Below are positions 29,150-36,559 of a stretch of DNA of 36,559 nt, piece after piece. The notes below the pieces were generated by a model. It did no database searches and had not been told where the DNA came from. It saw nothing but the letters and a program-made list of their open reading frames with translations. This DNA comes from Porticoccus sp. (GTDB lineage: Bacteria > Pseudomonadota > Gammaproteobacteria > Pseudomonadales > Porticoccaceae): positions 1-36,559 of the forward strand of contig JALQUJ010000175.1 of assembly GCA_023263825.1 (NCBI GenBank), in the 5' to 3' direction. Made by a program: the position numbers and the translations under genes. Each line of letters begins with the position of its first letter. Positions within the stretch are counted from its first letter, which is position 1.

Positions 29150-29851
29150 ATGGCGGGTTTCGATAAGGTGGTTAACACCTACGAAGAAGCGATGGCGGGT
29201 CTGGAAGATGACATGACCTTGATTGCTGGCGGTTTTGGTATTTGTGGTATTCCTGAGAATCTGATTGCACAAATCAAGACAATGGGTACCAAAGGCCTCA
29301 CTATTGTTTCTAATAACTGTGGTATTGATGGGTTTGGTTTGGGTGTCTTGCTGGAAGATCGTCAAATTAAAAAGATGATTTCTTCCTATGTAGGCGAGAA
29401 CAAGTTATTTGAAGAGCAGCTGCTGGCTGGTGACCTTGAAGTTGAGTTGACTCCTCAGGGAACATTGGCAGAAAAAATGCGTGCTGCTGGTGCTGGTATT
29501 CCTGCGTTCTACACTGCAACGGGATATGGTACTGATATTGCTGAAGGCAAAGACGTTCGTGAGTTCGATGGCCGTAAATACATCCTTGAAGAATCTATCA
29601 AAGCTGATTTTGCCATTGTAAAAGCCTGGAAAGCAGACCGTTATGGTAATGCTATCTATCGTCATACTGCTCAGAACTTTAATCCTATGGCTGCGACTGC
29701 AGGCAAGATTACAGTGATGGAAGTGGAAGAAATTGTTGAGCCGGGTGAACTGGATCCAACACAAATTCATACCCCTGGAATCTATGTTGATCGACTGATT
29801 CAGGGTACTTTCGAAAAACGTATTGAAATACGTACCGTCCGCGAAGGTTAA
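29150..29851 (+). CDS. scoA: 3-oxoacid (acetoacetate) CoA-transferase subunit A
   Basis: [32 protein letters not shown] and NFNP; AGGAG RBS before the ATG at 29150. Confidence 0.93.
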   Translation: MAGFDKVVNTYEEAMAGLEDDMTLIAGGFGICGIPENLIAQIKTMGTKGLTIVSNNCGIDGFGLGVLLEDRQIKKMISSYVGENKLFEEQLLAGDLEVELTPQGTLAEKMRAAGAGIPAFYTATGYGTDIAEGKDVREFDGRKYILEESIKADFAIVKAWKADRYGNAIYRHTAQNFNPMAATAGKITVMEVEEIVEPGELDPTQIHTPGIYVDRLIQGTFEKRIEIRTVREG

Positions 29852-29864
29852 CAGGAGAGATATT

Positions 29865-30521
29865 ATGGGACTTTCTCGTGATCAAATGGCTATCCGTGTT
29901 GCCCGTGAGTTGCAGGATGGTTACTACGTAAATTTGGGTATCGGTATTCCTACATTAGTAGCAAACCATGTACCTGAAGGTATGGAAGTTATGTTGCAGT
30001 CTGAGAACGGACTGTTAGGTATGGGGCCATTCCCCACAGAAGAAAATGTTGATGCGGATCTGATTAATGCCGGTAAGCAGACGGTAACGACTGCTACTGG
30101 TGCATCAATCTTTTCCTCTGCTGAGTCTTTCGCCATGATTCGTGGTGGTCATGTGGACCTCACTGTTCTTGGTGCTTTTGAAGTAGATGCCCACGGCAAT
30201 ATCGCTTCCTGGATGATTCCAGGCAAACTCATCAAAGGTATGGGTGGTGCGATGGATTTGGTAGCAGGTGCAGACAATATTATTGTGACGATGACTCACG
30301 CTGATAAATACGGTAATTCCAAACTGTTACCAGAATGCTCTTTGCCTTTAACCGGCGCTGGTTGCATCAAACAGGTTTTAACTGATTTGGCTTATCTGGA
30401 AATCCGTGATGGAAAATTCCACTTGGTTGAGCGTGCACCTGGTATATCTGTCGAAGAAATTGTAGAGAAAACTGCAGGTGAGTTAGTTGTTCCTGACAAT
30501 GTTCCAGAAATGCAGTTTTAA
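29865..30521 (+). CDS. scoB: 3-oxoacid CoA-transferase subunit B
   Basis: NLGIGIPT, QSENG (catalytic Glu), NAGK and KGMGGAMDL; AGGAG RBS before the ATG at 29865. Confidence 0.93.
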   Translation: MGLSRDQMAIRVARELQDGYYVNLGIGIPTLVANHVPEGMEVMLQSENGLLGMGPFPTEENVDADLINAGKQTVTTATGASIFSSAESFAMIRGGHVDLTVLGAFEVDAHGNIASWMIPGKLIKGMGGAMDLVAGADNIIVTMTHADKYGNSKLLPECSLPLTGAGCIKQVLTDLAYLEIRDGKFHLVERAPGISVEEIVEKTAGELVVPDNVPEMQF

Positions 30522-30547
30522 TTTCACGTTATGTGAAATTTGCATGT

Positions 30548-30577
30548 AAAAAAGGCTCCCTTTTGGGGGCCTTTTTT
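30548..30577 (+). terminator. Rho-independent terminator after scoB
   Basis: AAAAAAGGCTCCC-TTTT-GGGGGCCTTTTTT. Confidence 0.85.
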
Positions 30578-30680
30578 GTTTTGGTATTTTTATTTTTATA
30601 TTAGTTCGTATTTTCTAATTTTCGTCTGTAGTTTGTCGTCTGTGATTGATAAGTAACTTTTGTTTATTAAGGAAAACTCT

Positions 30681-31478
30681 ATGTTGGCAAATAATATGTT
30701 GGCAGGTAAAACAGCGTTGATCACTGGCTCGACCAGTGGTATTGGTTATGCTACGGCATCAAAACTGGCTGAAGCAGGCGCTAATATTGTATTGCATGGA
30801 TTGATGAATCCTGCCGAAGGTGAAGAGCTTCGTCAGGAGTTCGAGAAAAAATATGCGGTTCAGTGTCTGTTCAATAGTGCGGATATTTCTACCGCTGAAG
30901 GCAACGAAGAATTGGTAGCAGACTCGTTAGAAAAGTTTAGTGAAATAGATATCCTAATTAACAATGCGGGTATCCAGTTTACCGCGCCTGTTGAAGATTT
31001 TCCGGTAGCAAAATGGGATGCTATTATTGGTATCAATTTAAGCTCTGCTTTCCACACCACAAGATTATTAGTGCCTGGCATGCAGCAGCGTGGCTGGGGA
31101 CGAATTATTAACATTGCTTCCGTTCATGGGTTGGTGGCTTCCTTGGAGAAGGCAGCCTATGTGGCAGCCAAACATGGCATCGTTGGATTGACCAAAGTAG
31201 TTGCCCTTGAAAATGCTGATAAGGGTGTCACCGTTAATGCGATCTGCCCAGGCTGGGTGGATACTGACCTAGTGGCTGCACAATTTCAGGCGCGGGCTGA
31301 TCGGGATGGAGTAAGTTTCGAAGAAGGTAAGCGCAGCGTCATTGTAGAGAAGCAACCCATGCCTAAAGCAACGCCGCCTTCGTCTCTCGGTGATTTGGCG
31401 TTGTTCCTGTGTTCTGAAGCCGCTGTAACAATCACTGGTGCCAGTATGTCAATAGATGGGGGTTGGACGGCGCAGTAA
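30681..31478 (+). CDS. bdhA: D-3-hydroxybutyrate dehydrogenase (SDR)
   Basis: TGSTSGIG, NNAGIQ, IASVHGLVAS..KAAYVAAKHG, ICPGWV, EKQP and DGGWTAQ; follows scoAB. Confidence 0.92.
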   Translation: MLANNMLAGKTALITGSTSGIGYATASKLAEAGANIVLHGLMNPAEGEELRQEFEKKYAVQCLFNSADISTAEGNEELVADSLEKFSEIDILINNAGIQFTAPVEDFPVAKWDAIIGINLSSAFHTTRLLVPGMQQRGWGRIINIASVHGLVASLEKAAYVAAKHGIVGLTKVVALENADKGVTVNAICPGWVDTDLVAAQFQARADRDGVSFEEGKRSVIVEKQPMPKATPPSSLGDLALFLCSEAAVTITGASMSIDGGWTAQ

Positions 31479-31515
31479 TATGAGTAATCAGCGTTCTTCT
31501 TTTTAAGTAGAGTGG

Positions 31516-32250
31516 TTATAGAGAACGCTGATTCACTCTCTGGCTTTGTTGCTCTGCTGTTTCCACCCGCTCTGAGTAGCGATCCACCAGATAGTCCTGG
31601 TGATCCCGGGTCAGTAGAGTGAACTTCATCAGTTCTTCCATCACATCGACAATACGGTTGTAGTATGCCGAAGGTTTCATGCGATCGTTGTCTTCAAATT
31701 CCAGAAAAGCTTTTGCTACCGAAGACTGGTTGGGGATGGTGATCATTCTCATCCACCGACCTAATACCCGTAACTGATTTACCGCATTAAAGGATTGAGA
31801 GCCACCAGATACCTGCATTACTGCCAGGGTTTTACCCTGTGTCGGTCTTACAGCTCCCAGGGATAGCGGTACCCAGTCAATCTGGGCTTTCATAATACTG
31901 GTCATAGAACCGTGACGTTCGGGGGAACACCACACTTGTCCCTCTGACCATGTCATCAGTTCTCGTAGTTCTTTAACTTTGGGGTGGTCGCCATCGGCAA
32001 TTCCATAGGTATGGTCATCGGGTAATGGTAAGCCCGAGGGATTGTAGATACGTGTTTCGGCACCCATATGTTTTAACAGGCGGGCAGATTCTTCGACAAC
32101 TAGCCGGCTGTAAGATCTCTCACGCAATGATCCATAAAGAAGAAGGATGCGAGGTTTATGCGTTGATGGACTTTTATCAAAATGAGAGCAGTCTGGCGTG
32201 CGGAGTTGCTCGTGATCCATATTGGGTAAGCTGATATCGCGGATGGTCAT
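31516..32250 (-). CDS. arsH: Arsenical resistance flavoprotein ArsH
   Basis: [34 protein letters not shown] and LVDRYSER. Confidence 0.96.
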   Translation of the reverse strand: MTIRDISLPNMDHEQLRTPDCSHFDKSPSTHKPRILLLYGSLRERSYSRLVVEESARLLKHMGAETRIYNPSGLPLPDDHTYGIADGDHPKVKELRELMTWSEGQVWCSPERHGSMTSIMKAQIDWVPLSLGAVRPTQGKTLAVMQVSGGSQSFNAVNQLRVLGRWMRMITIPNQSSVAKAFLEFEDNDRMKPSAYYNRIVDVMEELMKFTLLTRDHQDYLVDRYSERVETAEQQSQRVNQRSL

Positions 32251-32251
32251 T

Positions 32252-32734
32252 TTAGATAGCTCCCAATTTATTAAGGGCCGAGCGTAACTCTTCCTGAGAT
32301 AATTCTTTGTCTGCCAACGCTAATAATTCAGTCACTCGTCGCTGGATTTCAGCAATGGTTTCACGAAATGCCTGAGCCTTTTCTTCATCGCTGCCTTCGA
32401 CTTTTGATGGGTCTGTTAATCCCCAATGAACTTTTACGGATTTGCCAAACCAAACCGGACAGGATTCACCGGCTGCCGAATCACAGACGGTCACCACCAT
32501 ATCGGGCGCAAACTCTTCCAATTCATCCCAAGACTGACTTGCCAGTCCTGCTGTAGAAACCCCTGCTTCCTGCAAATATTGAATAGATAACGGATGTACT
32601 TCACCAGCGGGCTGACTACCGGCACTTTTTGCCTGGATGCTGACTTGGGCTTGGGCGAAAGACACATGATTGGTGATGGCCTCTGAAAGAATACTGCGGC
32701 AGCGGTTGTGGGTGCAGATATATAAAATTTTCAT
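32252..32734 (-). CDS. arsC: Arsenate reductase, LMW-PTP (thioredoxin-type) fold
   Basis: P-loop [20 protein letters not shown] and HWGLTDPS; lies between arsR and arsH. Confidence 0.9.
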   Translation of the reverse strand: MKILYICTHNRCRSILSEAITNHVSFAQAQVSIQAKSAGSQPAGEVHPLSIQYLQEAGVSTAGLASQSWDELEEFAPDMVVTVCDSAAGESCPVWFGKSVKVHWGLTDPSKVEGSDEEKAQAFRETIAEIQRRVTELLALADKELSQEELRSALNKLGAI

Positions 32735-32772
32735 AGGGACTTTGTTGTTTGCCTTTTCATCGGGCTGGTTTG

Positions 32773-33105
32773 TTAACAGCAGGTTGTTGTTAAGGTGGTT
32801 TCAAGTCGTTTCAGGTTCTTAGCTATATACTCGTGATTATCTTGGGTTGTTTGTTGCAACACAGTGACAGCCCATGGGGGCAGAGAATTGTTGAGTTTGT
32901 AGTACACCCATTTACCACGGCGCTCATCTGTTAACAGTTCACACCGCCTCAGCTCCGATAGGTGCCGGGAAACCTTGGGTTGGCTGAGCTCAAGAGCCTG
33001 GGTGAGGTCACAGACACACAGCTCACCTTTTAGGGTGATCAGCAATAATGATTTAAGCCGGGTGTCATCTGAAAGGCATTTGTAAAATGCCAAAGGATCA
33101 AGCAT
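32773..33105 (-). CDS. arsR: As(III)-sensing ArsR/SmtB repressor
   Basis: ELCVCDL, SQPKVSRHL, RRGKWVYY and a C-terminal CC. The ATG at 33105 is preferred because the upstream ORF extension is the promoter/operator. Confidence 0.93.
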   Translation of the reverse strand: MLDPLAFYKCLSDDTRLKSLLLITLKGELCVCDLTQALELSQPKVSRHLSELRRCELLTDERRGKWVYYKLNNSLPPWAVTVLQQTTQDNHEYIAKNLKRLETTLTTTCC

Positions 33106-33132
33106 TGGTATGACTACAGGGGTTATTAAAAT

Positions 33133-33169
33133 ATATGGAATATCATATATATGATATTCCATATGTCAA
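33133..33169 (-). promoter_or_regulatory. arsR promoter overlapped by a perfect 32-bp palindromic operator
   Basis: ATATGGAATATCATATATATGATATTCCATAT (33133-33164) is its own reverse complement. Minus strand reads TTGACA(33169-33164)-N16-TATGAT(33147-33142). Confidence 0.85.
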
Positions 33170-33244
33170 GTGGCGTTTGAGTCGTTAGAAAGGTAGAGGA
33201 TGAATAGTTGTTTTTGGATATATTTTTTATAGGGTGATGTTCAT

Positions 33245-34348
33245 TTAAAACCCCTGTAGAACAATCTTTCCGATTGATGTCTCAGACTCTAATTCTTGAT
33301 GTGCTTTTCTCAGGTTTCTTGCATTAATAGGCCCTAGGTTTTTACCCACGGTGGTTTGAATGTATCCCTGGTCCACTAAGTCTGATACTCGATTTAATAA
33401 GCGGCTTTGTTCCTGTATATCCGTTGCATTAAACATGGATCGTGCAAACATAAATTCAATATGTAGGGACAAACTCTTTGGCTTCATCTTCATCACGTCT
33501 ATAGCATTGGGGTCGTCAATCATGGCGATCTTGCCGAACGGTGCGAGCAGGTCGATGTAGCTGTCAAAATACGAATCTGTATGGGTCAGACTGGCCACAT
33601 GAGTCACTTGGCCAACCCCTTCATTTTCAATCAGGTCATTGATTTGTGGTTGAAGTGGTTGGGTGTGATCCACAACATAATCAGCCCCAAGTTTTTTCAC
33701 CCATACCTGTGAGCTTTCCCGCGATGCGGTTGCAATGATAGTTGCAGTAGTGAGTGTTTTGGCCAGTTGCAACAAAATAGAGCCAACACCTCCAGCAGCA
33801 CCCACAACCAAAATAACTTCATTGGGTTTTTCTGTTTGTGTTAGTGATGGTTGTTTAGGTGTTTGCTGTTGAATGGCTAAATGTTCAAAAAGCATTTCCC
33901 ATGCTGTGATGGCGGTGAGGGGCAATGCTGCAGCCTCTGCATTCGATAAGCTCTTGGGTTTTATACCTACAAGACGTTCATCCACCAGTTGGTATTCAGC
34001 ATTACTACCCTGGCGGTTGAGGTCACCCGCGTAATAAACTCGGTCACCTGGGTTGAACCATGTCACCGCTTCGCCGGTAGCTATGACTTCACCCACGGCA
34101 TCCCATCCAAGTACCTTGTAATTATCGCTGTAATTAGGGTCGTCACTTGGTGATATACGTTGTCGAATTTTGTAATCCACGGGGTTAACTGCAATAGCGC
34201 TTACTTTCACTAGTAAATCGTGTCCTGTTGCATTAGGTTGAGGTAGTTCGATATCTATTAAGGACTCAGGGTCATTGATCGGTAGTGATTTTGTATAACC
34301 AACAGCTTTCATCATGTCATTGGTATTTACAGTATCAGTAGCACTCAT
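33245..34348 (-). CDS. MDR-superfamily (zinc-type alcohol dehydrogenase-like / quinone oxidoreductase) protein
   Basis: AVNPVDYK, LGWDAVG, AAALPLTAITAWE, GAAGGVGS and GKIVLQGF. The Cys-rich Zn ligands are absent, which points to a QOR-like enzyme. Confidence 0.88.
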   Translation of the reverse strand: MSATDTVNTNDMMKAVGYTKSLPINDPESLIDIELPQPNATGHDLLVKVSAIAVNPVDYKIRQRISPSDDPNYSDNYKVLGWDAVGEVIATGEAVTWFNPGDRVYYAGDLNRQGSNAEYQLVDERLVGIKPKSLSNAEAAALPLTAITAWEMLFEHLAIQQQTPKQPSLTQTEKPNEVILVVGAAGGVGSILLQLAKTLTTATIIATASRESSQVWVKKLGADYVVDHTQPLQPQINDLIENEGVGQVTHVASLTHTDSYFDSYIDLLAPFGKIAMIDDPNAIDVMKMKPKSLSLHIEFMFARSMFNATDIQEQSRLLNRVSDLVDQGYIQTTVGKNLGPINARNLRKAHQELESETSIGKIVLQGF

Positions 34349-34537
34349 TGTGTTTCTCTCATTTGTTGGCCATGGAATACATACTAAAACAGGTGGTCTA
34401 CGTTCACCCAATGTTTCTTATAGATAGGAGTATTGGGTCGATTAATCACTTCAATATAATCACCTAAATAGCCCCATGTGTTCCATTTCTGTACAATGCC
34501 CCTCCCTTAAATCATCCCGTAACTCTTCTAAAACCCT

Positions 34538-35926
34538 ATGTCTGATACTTCATCCAAACAAAAAGTTGGTTTTGTTTCCCTAGGCTGCCCGAAAGCCTTG
34601 GTGGATTCAGAACGTATCCTGACCAAGTTGAAATTAGATGGCTATGACATTAGTTCTGATTATGAAGGTGCTGATGTTGTCGTCGTTAATACCTGTGGTT
34701 TTATTGATTCCGCCAAACAGGAATCCATGGATGCCATTAGTGAGGCAGTGAAGGAAAACGGCAAGGTAATTGTTACGGGCTGCATGGGTAAGGGAGCTGA
34801 TGCCGAAGCAATTAAAACAAAAAACCCCGATGTGCTCAGTGTCAGTGGTCCGGCAGATTATGATTCGGTACTCAATGCGGTACATGAATATGTGCCACCA
34901 AGTTCCCAGGACGGGGGGCAGGAAGCTGGTGAAGGGAAAGCACACAAACCTTACGATGATATTCTGCCTCCGGAAGGGATCAAACTGACACCCCAGCATT
35001 ATGCTTATCTGAAAATTTCTGAGGGCTGTAACCACCGCTGCACTTTTTGCATTATTCCCGATATGCGTGGTGATTTGGTCAGCCGACCGATTTCCGATGT
35101 GGTGGACGAAGCAAAAAAACTGGTGGAATCCGGTACCCGTGAGTTGCTGGTAATTTCCCAGGACACCAGTGCCTACGGTGTTGATGTGAAGTACAAGCTG
35201 GATTTCGTTGAGGGTAATGCTCTGGAGACCCGAATGCAGGACTTAGCAGTAGCATTGGGTAAACTGGGTGTCTGGGTGCGATTGCATTATGTGTATCCCT
35301 ATCCCCATGTGGATAAAGTGATCCCCCTGATGGCGGAAGGGCAAATTCTGCCTTATCTGGATATTCCCTTTCAGCATGCCAGCCCGAAAATTCTTAAGTT
35401 GATGAAGCGCCCGGGTAATCAGGAAAAAGACTTGGAGCGAATTAAAGCCTGGCGGGCTATCTGCCCTGAGCTCACGATTCGCAGTACTTTCGTTGTGGGT
35501 TTCCCCGGTGAAACGGAAGAAGATTTTCAAATGCTGTTGGACTGGCTGGAAGAGGCTGAGTTGGATCGTGTGGGTTGTTTTAAATATTCTCCGGTGGATG
35601 GCGCAAAGGCCAATGATTTTCCTGATCACGTTCCCGAAGATATCCAGCAGCAGCGTTGGGAACGATTCATGGAAGCCCAGCAGGCTATCAGTGCCCGTCG
35701 TCTACAGCGCAAAGTGGGGCAGACCTTGGAAGTCTTAATTGATGAAGTCGATGAAGAGGGTGCTATAGGCCGCTCTTATGCAGACGCACCGGAAATTGAT
35801 GGCAATGTATTTATCAATGATATTGAGAGTGTAGAAGCGTTAGGGCTTCAGCCCGGAGATATGGTCGAAGTGACTATTGAGCACGCCGATGAATATGACC
35901 TTTGGGGTGCACTTGTATACTCTTAA
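34538..35926 (+). CDS. rimO: Ribosomal protein S12 methylthiotransferase
   Basis: [35 protein letters not shown] and TRAM-domain [11 protein letters not shown]. Confidence 0.97.
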   Translation: MSDTSSKQKVGFVSLGCPKALVDSERILTKLKLDGYDISSDYEGADVVVVNTCGFIDSAKQESMDAISEAVKENGKVIVTGCMGKGADAEAIKTKNPDVLSVSGPADYDSVLNAVHEYVPPSSQDGGQEAGEGKAHKPYDDILPPEGIKLTPQHYAYLKISEGCNHRCTFCIIPDMRGDLVSRPISDVVDEAKKLVESGTRELLVISQDTSAYGVDVKYKLDFVEGNALETRMQDLAVALGKLGVWVRLHYVYPYPHVDKVIPLMAEGQILPYLDIPFQHASPKILKLMKRPGNQEKDLERIKAWRAICPELTIRSTFVVGFPGETEEDFQMLLDWLEEAELDRVGCFKYSPVDGAKANDFPDHVPEDIQQQRWERFMEAQQAISARRLQRKVGQTLEVLIDEVDEEGAIGRSYADAPEIDGNVFINDIESVEALGLQPGDMVEVTIEHADEYDLWGALVYS

Positions 35927-35957
35927 CAGACTAAAAGCAGAGCTATAAATAACCATA

Positions 35958-35989
35958 AAAAAGGGCAGCCTTATTAGGCTGCCCTTTTT
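35958..35989. terminator. Bidirectional Rho-independent terminator
   Basis: AAAAAGGGCAGCCT-TATT-AGGCTGCCCTTTTT between rimO and the convergent FKBP gene. Confidence 0.92.
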
Positions 35990-36064
35990 ATTTTAACTTA
36001 TTTTTGTTTTAACCTATTTTATTTGAATTTACTCGGCGGCAATGAGATTGCCGAGAAATTCAAA

Positions 36065-36544
36065 TTAATGCTGATGGCCGCCAGCACCATGTACGTGGCC
36101 ATGGGTTAATTCTTCTTCTGTTGGTTCACGAACACTGTCAATTCGAACATCAAAAGTCAGTTCTTTTCCAGCAAGAGGATGGTTGCCATCTACGGTAACA
36201 GTTTCGTCTGTGACGCCAGTGACAACAACCGTCAATGGACCATTGGGCGTTTGGGCTTCAAAGCGCATGCCAACATGAATATCGTCGGCTTGGAATGTTT
36301 TACGCGGAACTTCCTGTACCATTTGTTCTTGTCTTTCTCCGTACGCATCAGCAGGGGCTATCGTCACTACCATGACATCACCAGCCTGCTTTCCTTCCAT
36401 CTCTTGCTCCAGTCCAGGGATAATATTTTTGTGTCCATGGAGATAAGCTAAAGGATCTTTTCCTTTAGACGAGTCAAGTTGGTTTCCTTCCTCATCGGTG
36501 AGTGTGTAGTGGAAAAGCACTGCGGCATTTTCTGAGATGATCAT
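36065..36544 (-). CDS. slyD: SlyD-type FKBP peptidyl-prolyl isomerase with a short His-rich tail
   Basis: HYTL, YLHGHKNIIPGLE, AYG, VGMRF, VDGNHPLAGKELTF and tail HGHVHGAGGHQH; AAGGA RBS. Confidence 0.9.
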   Translation of the reverse strand: MIISENAAVLFHYTLTDEEGNQLDSSKGKDPLAYLHGHKNIIPGLEQEMEGKQAGDVMVVTIAPADAYGERQEQMVQEVPRKTFQADDIHVGMRFEAQTPNGPLTVVVTGVTDETVTVDGNHPLAGKELTFDVRIDSVREPTEEELTHGHVHGAGGHQH

Positions 36545-36559
36545 AGGAGATCCTTTTTT

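Noticed and set aside
33106-33162. N-terminal extensions from the ORF track (arsR 33162; also dacA 6416, scoB 29823, 23378, 27981, 34411)
   Set aside because: The extensions run through promoters, operators or upstream genes. Downstream starts fit RBS positions or family N-termini better.

Overview
A 36.6-kb, mostly housekeeping segment of a gammaproteobacterial chromosome. The gene content and Pseudomonas-like gene order suggest a marine Pseudomonadales/Cellvibrionales-type organism, but this is inference. In order it holds the 3' part of pnp; the cell-wall/lipoate cluster mrdA-rodA-sltB1/mltB-rlpA-dacA-ybeD-lipB-lipA with a coupled orphan ABC ATPase; and a predicted outer-membrane porin, rapA and efpL (yeiP). 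Next come a signal-peptide-bearing katG with an OxyR-type promoter, and an AT-richer block of nhaA, blc, a patatin and a GFA gene broken by an amber codon. These are followed by a PHP / SprT / GIY-YIG / GNAT / ppnP cluster, yhiN, a LysR-scoA-scoB-bdhA ketone-body module, an arsR-arsC-arsH operon with no efflux gene, an MDR-family oxidoreductase and rimO. Three SlyD-like FKBP paralogues are spread across the window. I see no tRNA, rRNA, CRISPR array, integrase or transposase. The most notable non-obvious signals are a ~142-bp MITE-like element that supplies a stop codon, recurrent ~15-bp tandem micro-duplications at gene starts and stops, a coupled SprT protease + GIY-YIG nuclease pair with probable leaderless divergent promoters, and a perfect 32-bp palindrome over the arsR promoter. 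None is proven novel; all calls come from reading motifs by eye, without database searches.
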